Positions 7,479 through 15,742 of a stretch of DNA of 64,000 nucleotides are shown piece by piece. The first letter of the stretch is position 1. Each line of letters starts with the position of its first letter. Source of the stretch: an uncultured Bacteroidota bacterium (GTDB lineage Bacteria > Bacteroidota > Ignavibacteria > UBA10030 > UBA6906). The translations under genes were made by a program, and so were the position numbers. The stretch is from NCBI GenBank assembly GCA_963700635.1, contig CAVOYH010000001.1:256001-320000 (forward strand), in the 5' to 3' direction. The notes below the pieces were generated by a model. The model was not told the DNA's origin. It searched no databases and saw nothing but the letters and a program-made list of their open reading frames with translations.

Positions 7479-9989
7479 CTATGGTTCATCGCGCCAGGAT
7501 ATGACCTTCTTCTCATAATCGAGTGCAAGGCGGTCGGCCGTCTGTTGATCCTGTGCTTCAGCGCAGACATGGAACAGCGGTCGTTCCTTGTCGGGGATGA
7601 GCAGGATGGACACGCCGCGCAGCCGGTCATCGAAGTACATCTTTACTCCATCCACAAGATCGCGACGGGACCCTTCCGTGTTGGCCATGATGTACCGCAT
7701 GACCTTTCCCTTGTGTTCCCAGGAGCAGTTTACGGCGCGCCGGGCGGCATACAACCGCGGAATGTCCTCGTCAAATCCGCCCAGCCGCTTGTCTGCGTGC
7801 GCCATCATCTCGAGGAACTTGGCAAGTGAATACATCGCATCGGTGGCGAAGAAGAAGTCGGTGAAGATGAACCCCCCCTTTGTTCCTCCGATAAATCGTA
7901 CGTTCTTATTGGCAGCAGCCTCCATCATCGCCAGGTGACTGTTGCGGGTTTTGATAACCTTGACGTTGTGCTGTGCAGCCAGCAAATCAATCTCCCCGCT
8001 TGACGTAATCGGTACCGCAATAGCTTCCACATCGTTGTGTGTCTGCAGGAACATATCCGCCACCACCGTCAGCAACCGGTCGCTGTCAAACGCATCCCCG
8101 TTCTCGTTTACGAGAAACAGACGTTCACCGCCGCCATCAATGAGGCACCCCATGTCATATTTGAGCGAGGTGACGATGTGCGAGAGCTGCTTTATCGAAT
8201 AGTCGAACTCGTACTTGTCGCGTGTCAGTTTGCGCGGGTCGAGATGTGCGTTAAGGGCAACCACCTGGCAGTCAAACGACCCGAGGATGAGCGGAAATAT
8301 CGTCGATGCGACGCCGTTGGAATAATCGATCACCAGCTTGAATTTCTTCTTGTTAATGGCGTCGATGTCAAGCGAGGAGAGGAATTTCTCCTTGTATGCC
8401 TCCGTGGTGCGTTCCGGGAAGGAGATCGAGCCGACCTTCTCCCGTGGGGCACGGGCAAAATCCTCCCCAAAAAAGAGACGGTCCACACTCTTCGTTTTGG
8501 AGGATGGTAAATCCTTCCCGGTGGCGTCGAAGAAGATAATATCGGTCAGATTCTTGTCGGTGGGGTTACGGCGGACGTGAATCCCTCCTGCCTCCTTCCC
8601 GCTGCTCAGTTCATGCCGGAGCAGGGGGATCGAGATGGCGCGCAGATCGAAAGTATTGACGCCGGCCGATACCAGGCCGCATAAGATGGCACGGTTCATC
8701 ATGCGGGATACATTGTCGGAATCACGGCACGTGACGACGGTCTTTCCTGCACCGATAAATGCCCCGTACGCTGCGCCGAGTTTTGCGCCAAATTCCGGGT
8801 TCATTTCGATGTTGGAGAGCCCGGTCACCCGGGAGTCAGTAAACAGCTCCCGCAGCCATTTGTCCTCCCACACAAGACTCCTGGTAAGAATCGCTCCCTC
8901 TTCCACCACTTTTTCCGGCCAGAGTTTGATGTTCGCACTCAGCCGCGCACTTCTGCCAATCCAGCATCCGTCGCCGATAAAGACATTCTCCGAGATGACG
9001 GACTTCTCCCCTATGGAGCATTTGGATCCGACAACGTCCGAGGAAATCTCGGTGTTGTGTCCGATGACGACGTCACTCCAGATGACAGAGTTGGTGATGA
9101 TGGCGCCCGGACCGATCACGCTGTTGTCGCCGATGACGGTATTGGACAGCTTCACGTCCTCGCCAATGGTACAGTTGCGGCCGATCAGGACCCTTCCCGT
9201 GAACTGCACCTTGGCCGGATCAAACCGCGTGCCTTCCCCGATGGCCGCAGTCCCGTTGTGCGTGTACTGAATTTGCAGGTTGACCGCGTCGTGCAGGACA
9301 TCCATATGGGCATCCTGATATTCGTTCAGGTTGCCGATATCGCGCCAGTATCCGTCCGTTGTACAACCGTACAACCCCAGATCCCGCCGCAGAAGAAGAG
9401 GGAAAAGATCCTTTCCGAAATCGTAATCCTGCCGGTAGGGAATCATCTCGAGCACGTCCGGCTCGAGAATATAGATACCCGTGTTGATGGTATCGCTGAA
9501 TACCTCTCCCCACGAAGGCTTCTCAAGAAACCGGGTAATCTTGCCATCCCCGCCCGTGATCACCACACCGAACTGAAGTGGATTTTTTACGTGGGTGAGC
9601 ACGATGGTGGCTTTGGATTTTTTCTCTTCGTGAAACTTCAGCGCGCCCGTAAGGTCAAAATCGGTCAACACGTCGCCGCTGATTATCAGAATACGCTCAT
9701 TGGTGCCTTTTGTGGCATTACGAACGCTTCCCGCAGTCCCATAATCGGCTTCAGCCCGAACGTATTGCATGGAGACCCCGAAGGCGGAACCATCACCAAA
9801 ATAGCTGGTAATCGCTTCCGGGCTATAATACAACGTAGCGATAATGTCTGTCAGCCCGTGCTGCTTCAGCAATGCAACGATATGGTGCATCATGGGTTTA
9901 TTCATGAGCGGCACCATGGGCTTCGGTGTATTACAGGTGAGCGGACGCAACCGCGTCCCGAACCCACCGGCCATGATGATAGCTTTCAT
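7479..9989 (-). CDS. Mannose-1-phosphate guanylyltransferase-like NTP transferase / LbH / phosphomannomutase-like fusion
   Basis: MAGGFGTRLRPLT..PKPM, EKP, YWRDIG, then hexapeptide repeats and a C-terminal alpha-D-phosphohexomutase-like region. Confidence 0.9.
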   Translation of the reverse strand: MKAIIMAGGFGTRLRPLTCNTPKPMVPLMNKPMMHHIVALLKQHGLTDIIATLYYSPEAITSYFGDGSAFGVSMQYVRAEADYGTAGSVRNATKGTNERILIISGDVLTDFDLTGALKFHEEKKSKATIVLTHVKNPLQFGVVITGGDGKITRFLEKPSWGEVFSDTINTGIYILEPDVLEMIPYRQDYDFGKDLFPLLLRRDLGLYGCTTDGYWRDIGNLNEYQDAHMDVLHDAVNLQIQYTHNGTAAIGEGTRFDPAKVQFTGRVLIGRNCTIGEDVKLSNTVIGDNSVIGPGAIITNSVIWSDVVIGHNTEISSDVVGSKCSIGEKSVISENVFIGDGCWIGRSARLSANIKLWPEKVVEEGAILTRSLVWEDKWLRELFTDSRVTGLSNIEMNPEFGAKLGAAYGAFIGAGKTVVTCRDSDNVSRMMNRAILCGLVSAGVNTFDLRAISIPLLRHELSSGKEAGGIHVRRNPTDKNLTDIIFFDATGKDLPSSKTKSVDRLFFGEDFARAPREKVGSISFPERTTEAYKEKFLSSLDIDAINKKKFKLVIDYSNGVASTIFPLILGSFDCQVVALNAHLDPRKLTRDKYEFDYSIKQLSHIVTSLKYDMGCLIDGGGERLFLVNENGDAFDSDRLLTVVADMFLQTHNDVEAIAVPITSSGEIDLLAAQHNVKVIKTRNSHLAMMEAAANKNVRFIGGTKGGFIFTDFFFATDAMYSLAKFLEMMAHADKRLGGFDEDIPRLYAARRAVNCSWEHKGKVMRYIMANTEGSRRDLVDGVKMYFDDRLRGVSILLIPDKERPLFHVCAEAQDQQTADRLALDYEKKVISWRDEP

Positions 9990-10042
9990 AGGTTGTTCAG
10001 ACGCTGATATCGGATTGGAAGGTTATCATACCGTAACCACTC

Positions 10043-10071
10043 AATATAGAAAACGACCGTCTGGGATACAA
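10043..10071 (-). promoter_or_regulatory. Putative sigma70 promoter for the NTP-transferase/PTS IIA/lgt/rlmB run
   Basis: Minus strand TTGTAT-17 nt-TATATT. Confidence 0.55.
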
Positions 10072-10084
10072 TAGAATGCAGGGG

Positions 10085-10855
10085 TCAGCGGCTATTTTCC
10101 TGTCCGGGGCGCCGGTTGATGATCGACGCGGCATATCCGGCGCCGAACCCATTGTCGATGTTGACCACCGTTACCCCCGCTGCGCAGGAATTCAGCATGC
10201 CAAGAAGCGCGGAGACACCCCGGAAACTCGCCCCGTATCCAACCGAGGTCGGGACGGCGATAACGGGAACCTGTACCATCCCCCCTACCACGCTGGCGAG
10301 CGCTCCTTCCATACCCGCGACAACGATGATGACCGATGCCTCGCGGAGCTTCTGGCTCTGCATCAGGATACGATGAATGCCCGCAACGCCGACGTCAAAA
10401 AGTGTGTCGACGGAGTTCCCCATGACGGTGGCTGTCTCCACAGCCTCCGCAGCAACCGGGATATCTGACGTCCCCGCCGTTACCACAAGAATTTTTCCCG
10501 CGCCGGCCGGCTTAACCCCTGATACGTTCCCCACGATCGTCCGCGCAACGGGATTGTATCGCGCATTCCGAACAAGTTTTCGCACCGCCGTAAAATGCTT
10601 GCGCGATGCTCTGGTCGCCAGCAAGACACTTCCGCGGCGGACAATTGCCCTGGCTATGCCTGCCACCTGACCGGGTGTCTTTCCCTCACTGAATATCACC
10701 TCGGGAAATCCGTGTCGCACCTGGCGGTGATGATCCACGGTGGCAAAACCAAGAGATTCGTACATCTGCTCAGAAAGACTCTGAAGGAGTTGTTCTTCGG
10801 AGAGAGATCCCTTTTTATAGCGGGAGAGGAGTTGTTGTACCTTCCGGTCGGCCAT
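10085..10855 (-). CDS. larB: Nickel-pincer cofactor biosynthesis protein LarB (NCAIR mutase-like)
   Basis: DHHR...GFPEVI, AGTSD.PVA.EA, DVGVAGIHR, VAGMEGAL, PTSVGYG, NSCA.GV.VVNIDNGFGA. Confidence 0.92.
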   Translation of the reverse strand: MADRKVQQLLSRYKKGSLSEEQLLQSLSEQMYESLGFATVDHHRQVRHGFPEVIFSEGKTPGQVAGIARAIVRRGSVLLATRASRKHFTAVRKLVRNARYNPVARTIVGNVSGVKPAGAGKILVVTAGTSDIPVAAEAVETATVMGNSVDTLFDVGVAGIHRILMQSQKLREASVIIVVAGMEGALASVVGGMVQVPVIAVPTSVGYGASFRGVSALLGMLNSCAAGVTVVNIDNGFGAGYAASIINRRPGQENSR

Positions 10856-10863
10856 TGACGGTC

Positions 10864-10892
10864 AATATACTCGATTCCGTGAGGAATATCAA
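10864..10892 (-). promoter_or_regulatory. Putative sigma70 promoter of larB (near-leaderless)
   Basis: Minus strand TTGATA-17 nt-TATATT, 8 nt before the ATG. Confidence 0.6.
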
Positions 10893-10905
10893 GGATTCCC
10901 GCTGG

Positions 10906-10934
10906 TTGACTCTCCAGCCCGTTTTTCGTACCTT
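10906..10934 (+). promoter_or_regulatory. Putative sigma70 promoter of the plsY operon
   Basis: TTGACT-17 nt-TACCTT, divergent from the larB promoter. Confidence 0.55.
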
Positions 10935-10970
10935 TTTGCATAACTGTGCCCCCACCGTCAGCGGGATATC

Positions 10971-11594
10971 GTGGAACGGCTTGCACTCGCTGCACTCTTT
11001 GGTTATTTCCTCGGCTCCATCCCGACCGCCTACCTTGTTGTTCGCTGGAAATCTCAGCTTGATATTCGCATTGCTGGCAGCGGCAACGTGGGGACAGTGA
11101 ACAGTTTTGAGGTCACGAAGTCGCCGTGGGTTGCCGTTGTGGTCCTTCTGGCCGACTTCGCCAAAGGGGCTCTTGCCGTTCTGGCGGTCCGCGCCTTCTA
11201 TCCTGAAGGCCCTTATGCCGTCGAATGGGGTCTCCTGGGAGCGGTGCTCGGACACAATTACCCGGTATGGCTCCGGTGGAGAGGGGGACGGGGTTTGGCC
11301 ACAGCGGCAGGTGGGGCGTGCCTCACGTTCTGGGGTCTGATTCCGGCCTGGATAACATTCTGGGCTGTGTCTTTTTCAGTTCTTCGACGGGTAAACCCGG
11401 CCAGCGCGGTAGCGTGCGTGCTCACCACCGCAACGGTCTTTCTGAGCCCGATGCTACTTCCGGGAGCTGACCGGGTTGGAGATCTGACGCCCGCCTGGTT
11501 TACCGGATCACTCATGGCGCTCATCCTGATGCGACTTATCGAGCCGGTCCGGTCCTATCTGTTGGAGCTAAAGGGAGTAAGGAGTTCATCATGA
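10971..11594 (+). CDS. plsY: Glycerol-3-phosphate acyltransferase
   Basis: GYFLGSIP, GSGNVG, DFAKG, GHNYP, GGRGLAT motifs and hydrophobic character. Confidence 0.88.
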   Translation: MERLALAALFGYFLGSIPTAYLVVRWKSQLDIRIAGSGNVGTVNSFEVTKSPWVAVVVLLADFAKGALAVLAVRAFYPEGPYAVEWGLLGAVLGHNYPVWLRWRGGRGLATAAGGACLTFWGLIPAWITFWAVSFSVLRRVNPASAVACVLTTATVFLSPMLLPGADRVGDLTPAWFTGSLMALILMRLIEPVRSYLLELKGVRSSS

Positions 11595-12793
11595 CTTTAC
11601 GCGTTGTCAGTGTCGTTTTCCTTATCCTCGCGGCCGTTCTTGGAGGCGGGATCATCGGGTACAGTCTTGGGCATATCCCCGGTGAAAGCACAGAACTCAC
11701 GGACAATAATCCGCCGACGTTTGAACAGACATTTGCACTGCACACCGCATCCGCCCGACCGGATTCTGTCGCGGCGGCGGTGACCACAGGGCGCCATAAT
11801 GCCATTACCAGGGCGGTCGCCTCCGCCAGCCCCGCCGTGGTCGGCATCAACGTGATCGAGCTCCGCCAGTACCGGCAATTATCTCCGTGGGGAGACGATC
11901 CGTTCTGGCGGCAGTTTATTCCAAACCGCACGTACACACAACAGGTCCAGGGTCTGGGATCGGGCTTTCTCATTTCGCCGGATGGATATATCCTTACCAA
12001 CGACCACGTGGCCGGCAACGCAAAGGAGATCACCGTGACCCTGACCAGCGGCAGGCAGTACAAGGCCTCGCTGGTGGGGACGGATCTGATTACCGACATC
12101 GCGCTTTTAAAAATTGACGGGACGGATCTTCCACACGTCGCACTTGGTAATTCCGAGGATGTGCTGGTGGGCGAATGGGTAATCGCCCTCGGAAATCCTT
12201 TCGGGTTGTTTGATATCAACGACAAACCCACCGTCACGGTCGGTGTCATAAGCAATACGGGCATGAAACTCGAAGCGCAGGATGGCCGGGTGTACCGGGA
12301 CATGATCCAGACGGATGCGGCAATCAACTCGGGCAACAGCGGTGGCCCCCTGTTGAATGCCCTGGGCGAAGTGATCGGCGTAAATTCCGTGATCTATTCC
12401 ACCAATCAGGGCAACATCGGACTCGGATTCGCGATCCCCATCAACCGTGTGAAGACGATCGTCGCCGAACTCCGGCGCAGCGGAAAAATCGAGCGTGCGT
12501 TCTGGACCGGACTGGAAATTCAGGCGGTCGACCGTCGGATAGCCCGCTATTTCGGTCTTGAAAAGGTTCAGGGTGTGATCGTAAGCGAAATAAAACGATC
12601 CAGTCCCGCCGAACGCGCAGGTTTCCGGGTCGGCGACATCATAATTGAAGTGAATGGTGAGAAGATCAATGACGAGGCTTCGCTCATTGCCATCGCAGAT
12701 GAAGCCCGTACCGGAGACACGCTCAAGATGAAAGTAATCCGGGATCGGCGCGAAGTACAACTCTCACTTCGGCTGGAGAAAAGCTCTTTATGA
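11591..12793 (+). CDS. HtrA/DegP-family serine protease with one PDZ domain
   Basis: GLGSGF, TNDHV (His), DIALLK (Asp), GNSGGPL (Ser), C-terminal PDZ, N-terminal TM anchor. Confidence 0.95.
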   Translation: MTLRVVSVVFLILAAVLGGGIIGYSLGHIPGESTELTDNNPPTFEQTFALHTASARPDSVAAAVTTGRHNAITRAVASASPAVVGINVIELRQYRQLSPWGDDPFWRQFIPNRTYTQQVQGLGSGFLISPDGYILTNDHVAGNAKEITVTLTSGRQYKASLVGTDLITDIALLKIDGTDLPHVALGNSEDVLVGEWVIALGNPFGLFDINDKPTVTVGVISNTGMKLEAQDGRVYRDMIQTDAAINSGNSGGPLLNALGEVIGVNSVIYSTNQGNIGLGFAIPINRVKTIVAELRRSGKIERAFWTGLEIQAVDRRIARYFGLEKVQGVIVSEIKRSSPAERAGFRVGDIIIEVNGEKINDEASLIAIADEARTGDTLKMKVIRDRREVQLSLRLEKSSL

Positions 12794-14085
12794 TCACACG
12801 CTACACGCGACCCGCTATGGGCGCCATCTGGGAAGATGAGAACAAATTCCGGATCTGGCTCGAAATTGAAATACTTGCCTGCGAAGCGCAGGCGAAACTG
12901 GGTGTTATCCCGGCGGAAGCCGTGTCAAATATCCGTGCCAGAGCCGCCTTCGAAGTCACGCGGATCGAAACACTCGAACAGGAAGTCAAACACGACGTTA
13001 TCGCGTTTTTGACCAATGTCGGGGAACATGTTGGTCCGGACTCCCGGTACATCCATCTCGGCATGACCTCATCAGACGTCCTGGATACTGCGCTTGCTGT
13101 GCAGATGAAGCAGGCGGGGGAGCTGTTGCTCCAGGGGCTCCAGGAGCTTGCGACGGTCCTTGCGCGCAGGGCCAGGGAGTTCAAGACTACGGTGATGGTC
13201 GGACGTACGCACGGTATTCACGCAGAACCGATTACCTTTGGCTTGAAACTGGCTCTCTGGTACGCGGAAACCCAGCGACATATCAGCCGCCTGCAATCGG
13301 CCCTTGAACGTATTGCCGTCGGACAGATATCGGGAGCGGTGGGGACCTTCGAGCACCTGAGTCCGGACGTGGAGGAGTATGTGTGTGCAAAGCTCGGCCT
13401 CATCCCGGCGCCTGTTTCGACGCAGGTGCTCCAGCGCGACCGCCATGCAGAATTTATGAACGCGCTGGCCCTTGTGGGATGCTCCCTGGAAAAATTCGCG
13501 ACGGAAATCCGGCATCTGCAGAAGACGGAAGTTCTGGAAGCGGAGGAGTTCTTTTCCAAGGGACAGAAGGGTTCTTCCGCGATGCCCCACAAACGAAATC
13601 CCATCACCTGCGAACGTGTCGCAGGCCTCTCCCGCGTTCTGCGCGGGAACGCCCAGGCGGCAATGGAGAACGTCGCCCTCTGGCATGAACGTGATATCAC
13701 CCATTCCTCGGTGGAACGGGTTGTGATCCCTGACAGCTGTATCCTGCTGGACTACATGCTGGCGCTCATGACGGACGTGCTGGACAAGCTTGTGGTTTAT
13801 CCCGCGAATATGCTCAAAAACCTGGAACGGACACGCGGACTGATTTTCTCCCAATCTGTGCTCCTGGCCCTCACCAGAAAGGGAATGAAGAGGGAAGATG
13901 CCTATCGTATCGTTCAGCTTGCGGCGATGGAGGTGTGGGAGAGCGGGGCGGAGTTCAAGGAACGGCTCCTCGCCGAACCCGCAGTCGGCGAAATTCTGGG
14001 TGCCGAGACTGTAGAAGGGATGTTTGACTTGCAGAAGAGCATCAAATATATCAACGTGCTGTTTGCCCGTGCTGGGCTTTCGTAA
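12790..14085 (+). CDS. purB: Adenylosuccinate lyase
   Basis: MITRYTRP, KHDVIAF, HLGMTSSD, GRTHGIHAEP, GSSAMPHKRNP. Confidence 0.97.
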   Translation: MITRYTRPAMGAIWEDENKFRIWLEIEILACEAQAKLGVIPAEAVSNIRARAAFEVTRIETLEQEVKHDVIAFLTNVGEHVGPDSRYIHLGMTSSDVLDTALAVQMKQAGELLLQGLQELATVLARRAREFKTTVMVGRTHGIHAEPITFGLKLALWYAETQRHISRLQSALERIAVGQISGAVGTFEHLSPDVEEYVCAKLGLIPAPVSTQVLQRDRHAEFMNALALVGCSLEKFATEIRHLQKTEVLEAEEFFSKGQKGSSAMPHKRNPITCERVAGLSRVLRGNAQAAMENVALWHERDITHSSVERVVIPDSCILLDYMLALMTDVLDKLVVYPANMLKNLERTRGLIFSQSVLLALTRKGMKREDAYRIVQLAAMEVWESGAEFKERLLAEPAVGEILGAETVEGMFDLQKSIKYINVLFARAGLS

Positions 14086-14124
14086 AGACAACTGTGCATG
14101 ACTGACATAATGAGGACTCTTGGT

Positions 14125-15618
14125 ATGGCCAAAAAATTTCAGAACTTTGTCAACGGCAGGTGGGCTGACGCAAAGTCAGGCAAGACCTTTGAAAACCGTA
14201 ATCCCGCAAACTGGGACGAGGTCATCGGGACATTCCCCAAATCCGGCAAAGAAGACGTCGAAGAAGCTGTACAGGCTGCGCGCAAAGCCTTTGATTCGTG
14301 GCGGCTCATGCCGGCCCCCAAGCGGGGCGATATTCTGAAGGCGGTGGGTGATCTGATGGTTGCACGGAAGGAAGATCTTTCCCGGATGATGACCCGCGAA
14401 ATGGGGAAGGTCCTCGCCGAGACACGAGGTGATGTGCAGGAGGGAATCGATACTGCCTACTATGCGGCGAGCGAAGGACGCAGGCTGTTCGGTCATACGG
14501 TCCCGTCGGAACTGCCCAATAAATTTAATATGGCGATGCGCGTGCCGGTGGGTGTCGCCGGTATTATTACACCCTGGAATTTTCCCATGGCAATCCCAAC
14601 ATGGAAAATCTTCCCGGCACTGCTCTGCGGTAATACGGTCGTGTTCAAACCTGCATCGGATACTCCGGCCACGGCGACAGCGCTCGTCGAGATCCTCGCC
14701 GAAGCGGGAGTCCCGGACGGTGTGGTGAACATCGTGCACGGTGGAGGGGGAGAGGTCGGCAATGCGATCGTCAACCACACGGAGGTTGATCTTGTAAGTT
14801 TTACGGGCTCGACTTTGGTGGGGAAGAAGATATCCGAAGTGGCGTCCGCCACGCTCAAGCGGGTGTCCCTCGAACTTGGCGGTAAGAATGCACAACTCGT
14901 CATGCCTGACGCGACCATGGAACTTGCGCTGGAAGGTGTATTGTGGGGGGCATTTGGAACCACCGGCCAGCGGTGCACTGCCACCAGCAGACTGCTTTTG
15001 CATGAGAACATTCATGACGCATTTATGGAAACCCTCATCCGGCGTGTGAACAGTCTAAAATTGGGCGACGGCCTGAAACCCGGGGTAGATGTCGGCCCGT
15101 GCGTAAACGAGGGTCAGCAGAAGACGGTGCAGAGTTATGTCGAGATCGGCCTCAAGGATGGCGCGACCCTTGCCGCCGGAGGGTCAGTGCCCGGAGATAG
15201 TGAGCTGGCAAAAGGCTGGTTCTACAAACCTACGGTGTTTACGGGCGTCCAGCCGCATCACCGGATCGCGCAGGAAGAGATCTTCGGTCCGGTACTGTCC
15301 GTGATCAAATTCCGCACGCTGGAAGAGGGTATCCGCATCATGAACGATACCATCTACGGCCTCTCTTCGTCAGTCTACACGACGAACGTCAACGATGCCT
15401 ATACGGCGATACGTGATATTAAAGCCGGGATCACCTATATCAATGCGCCGACGATCGGGGCTGAAGCACACATGCCGTTCGGCGGTGTCAAACAGACGGG
15501 CAACGGCCACCGCGAAGGCGGATGGACGGTCTACGATTTCTTCTCGGATTGGAAAACGGTCTACGTGGATTATAGCGGCGGTCTCCAACGCGCCCAGATC
15601 GACAACTATCAGAGCTGA
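14125..15618 (+). CDS. Aldehyde dehydrogenase, probably piperideine-6-carboxylate/aminoadipate-semialdehyde dehydrogenase
   Basis: PWNFP, FTGS, LELGGKN, GQRCTA, EEIFGP. GAGGA SD before ATG 14125. Specificity inferred from the neighbouring lat. Confidence 0.9.
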   Translation: MAKKFQNFVNGRWADAKSGKTFENRNPANWDEVIGTFPKSGKEDVEEAVQAARKAFDSWRLMPAPKRGDILKAVGDLMVARKEDLSRMMTREMGKVLAETRGDVQEGIDTAYYAASEGRRLFGHTVPSELPNKFNMAMRVPVGVAGIITPWNFPMAIPTWKIFPALLCGNTVVFKPASDTPATATALVEILAEAGVPDGVVNIVHGGGGEVGNAIVNHTEVDLVSFTGSTLVGKKISEVASATLKRVSLELGGKNAQLVMPDATMELALEGVLWGAFGTTGQRCTATSRLLLHENIHDAFMETLIRRVNSLKLGDGLKPGVDVGPCVNEGQQKTVQSYVEIGLKDGATLAAGGSVPGDSELAKGWFYKPTVFTGVQPHHRIAQEEIFGPVLSVIKFRTLEEGIRIMNDTIYGLSSSVYTTNVNDAYTAIRDIKAGITYINAPTIGAEAHMPFGGVKQTGNGHREGGWTVYDFFSDWKTVYVDYSGGLQRAQIDNYQS

Positions 15619-15622
15619 CACC

Positions 15623-15679
15623 ATGACGCGCCAGCCGCTCTATAATGTTTCGCTGTTCGAGCATAACGAATTCTTCTGA
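15623..15679 (+). CDS. Putative 18-aa leader peptide MTRQPLYNVSLFEHNEFF
   Basis: ATG 4 nt after the ALDH stop. TGA 3 nt before the anti-SD arm of the lat leader hairpin. Translation not proven. Confidence 0.5.
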   Translation: MTRQPLYNVSLFEHNEFF

Positions 15680-15682
15680 AGT

Positions 15683-15736
15683 TCACTCCTCCGCCGTCGT
15701 GGTGTCCACAGACTATTATACTTTTTGGAGGAGTGA
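15683..15736 (+). promoter_or_regulatory. SD-sequestering stem-loop upstream of lat
   Basis: TCACTCCTCC (15683-15692) is the exact reverse complement of GGAGGAGTGA (15727-15736), which contains the lat SD. Nested hairpin GTCGTGG/CCAC-A-GAC in the loop. Confidence 0.75.
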
Positions 15737-15742
15737 TACAGT

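Noticed and set aside
9057-10007. Long antisense/alternate-frame ORFs (also 13072-14091, 28363-29409, 31182-32111, 41814-42806, 51290-52162)
   Set aside because: They are shadow ORFs opposite well-supported genes, expected at this GC content, and show no recognisable motifs.
15641-15646. Perfect TATAAT inside the putative leader ORF as an internal lat promoter
   Set aside because: There is no -35 match at 16-18 nt spacing and no extended TG motif. It cannot be fully excluded without TSS data.
15619-15742. Lysine riboswitch upstream of lat
   Set aside because: The region is too short (~124 nt) and I could not find the conserved L-box core sequences or multi-stem architecture.
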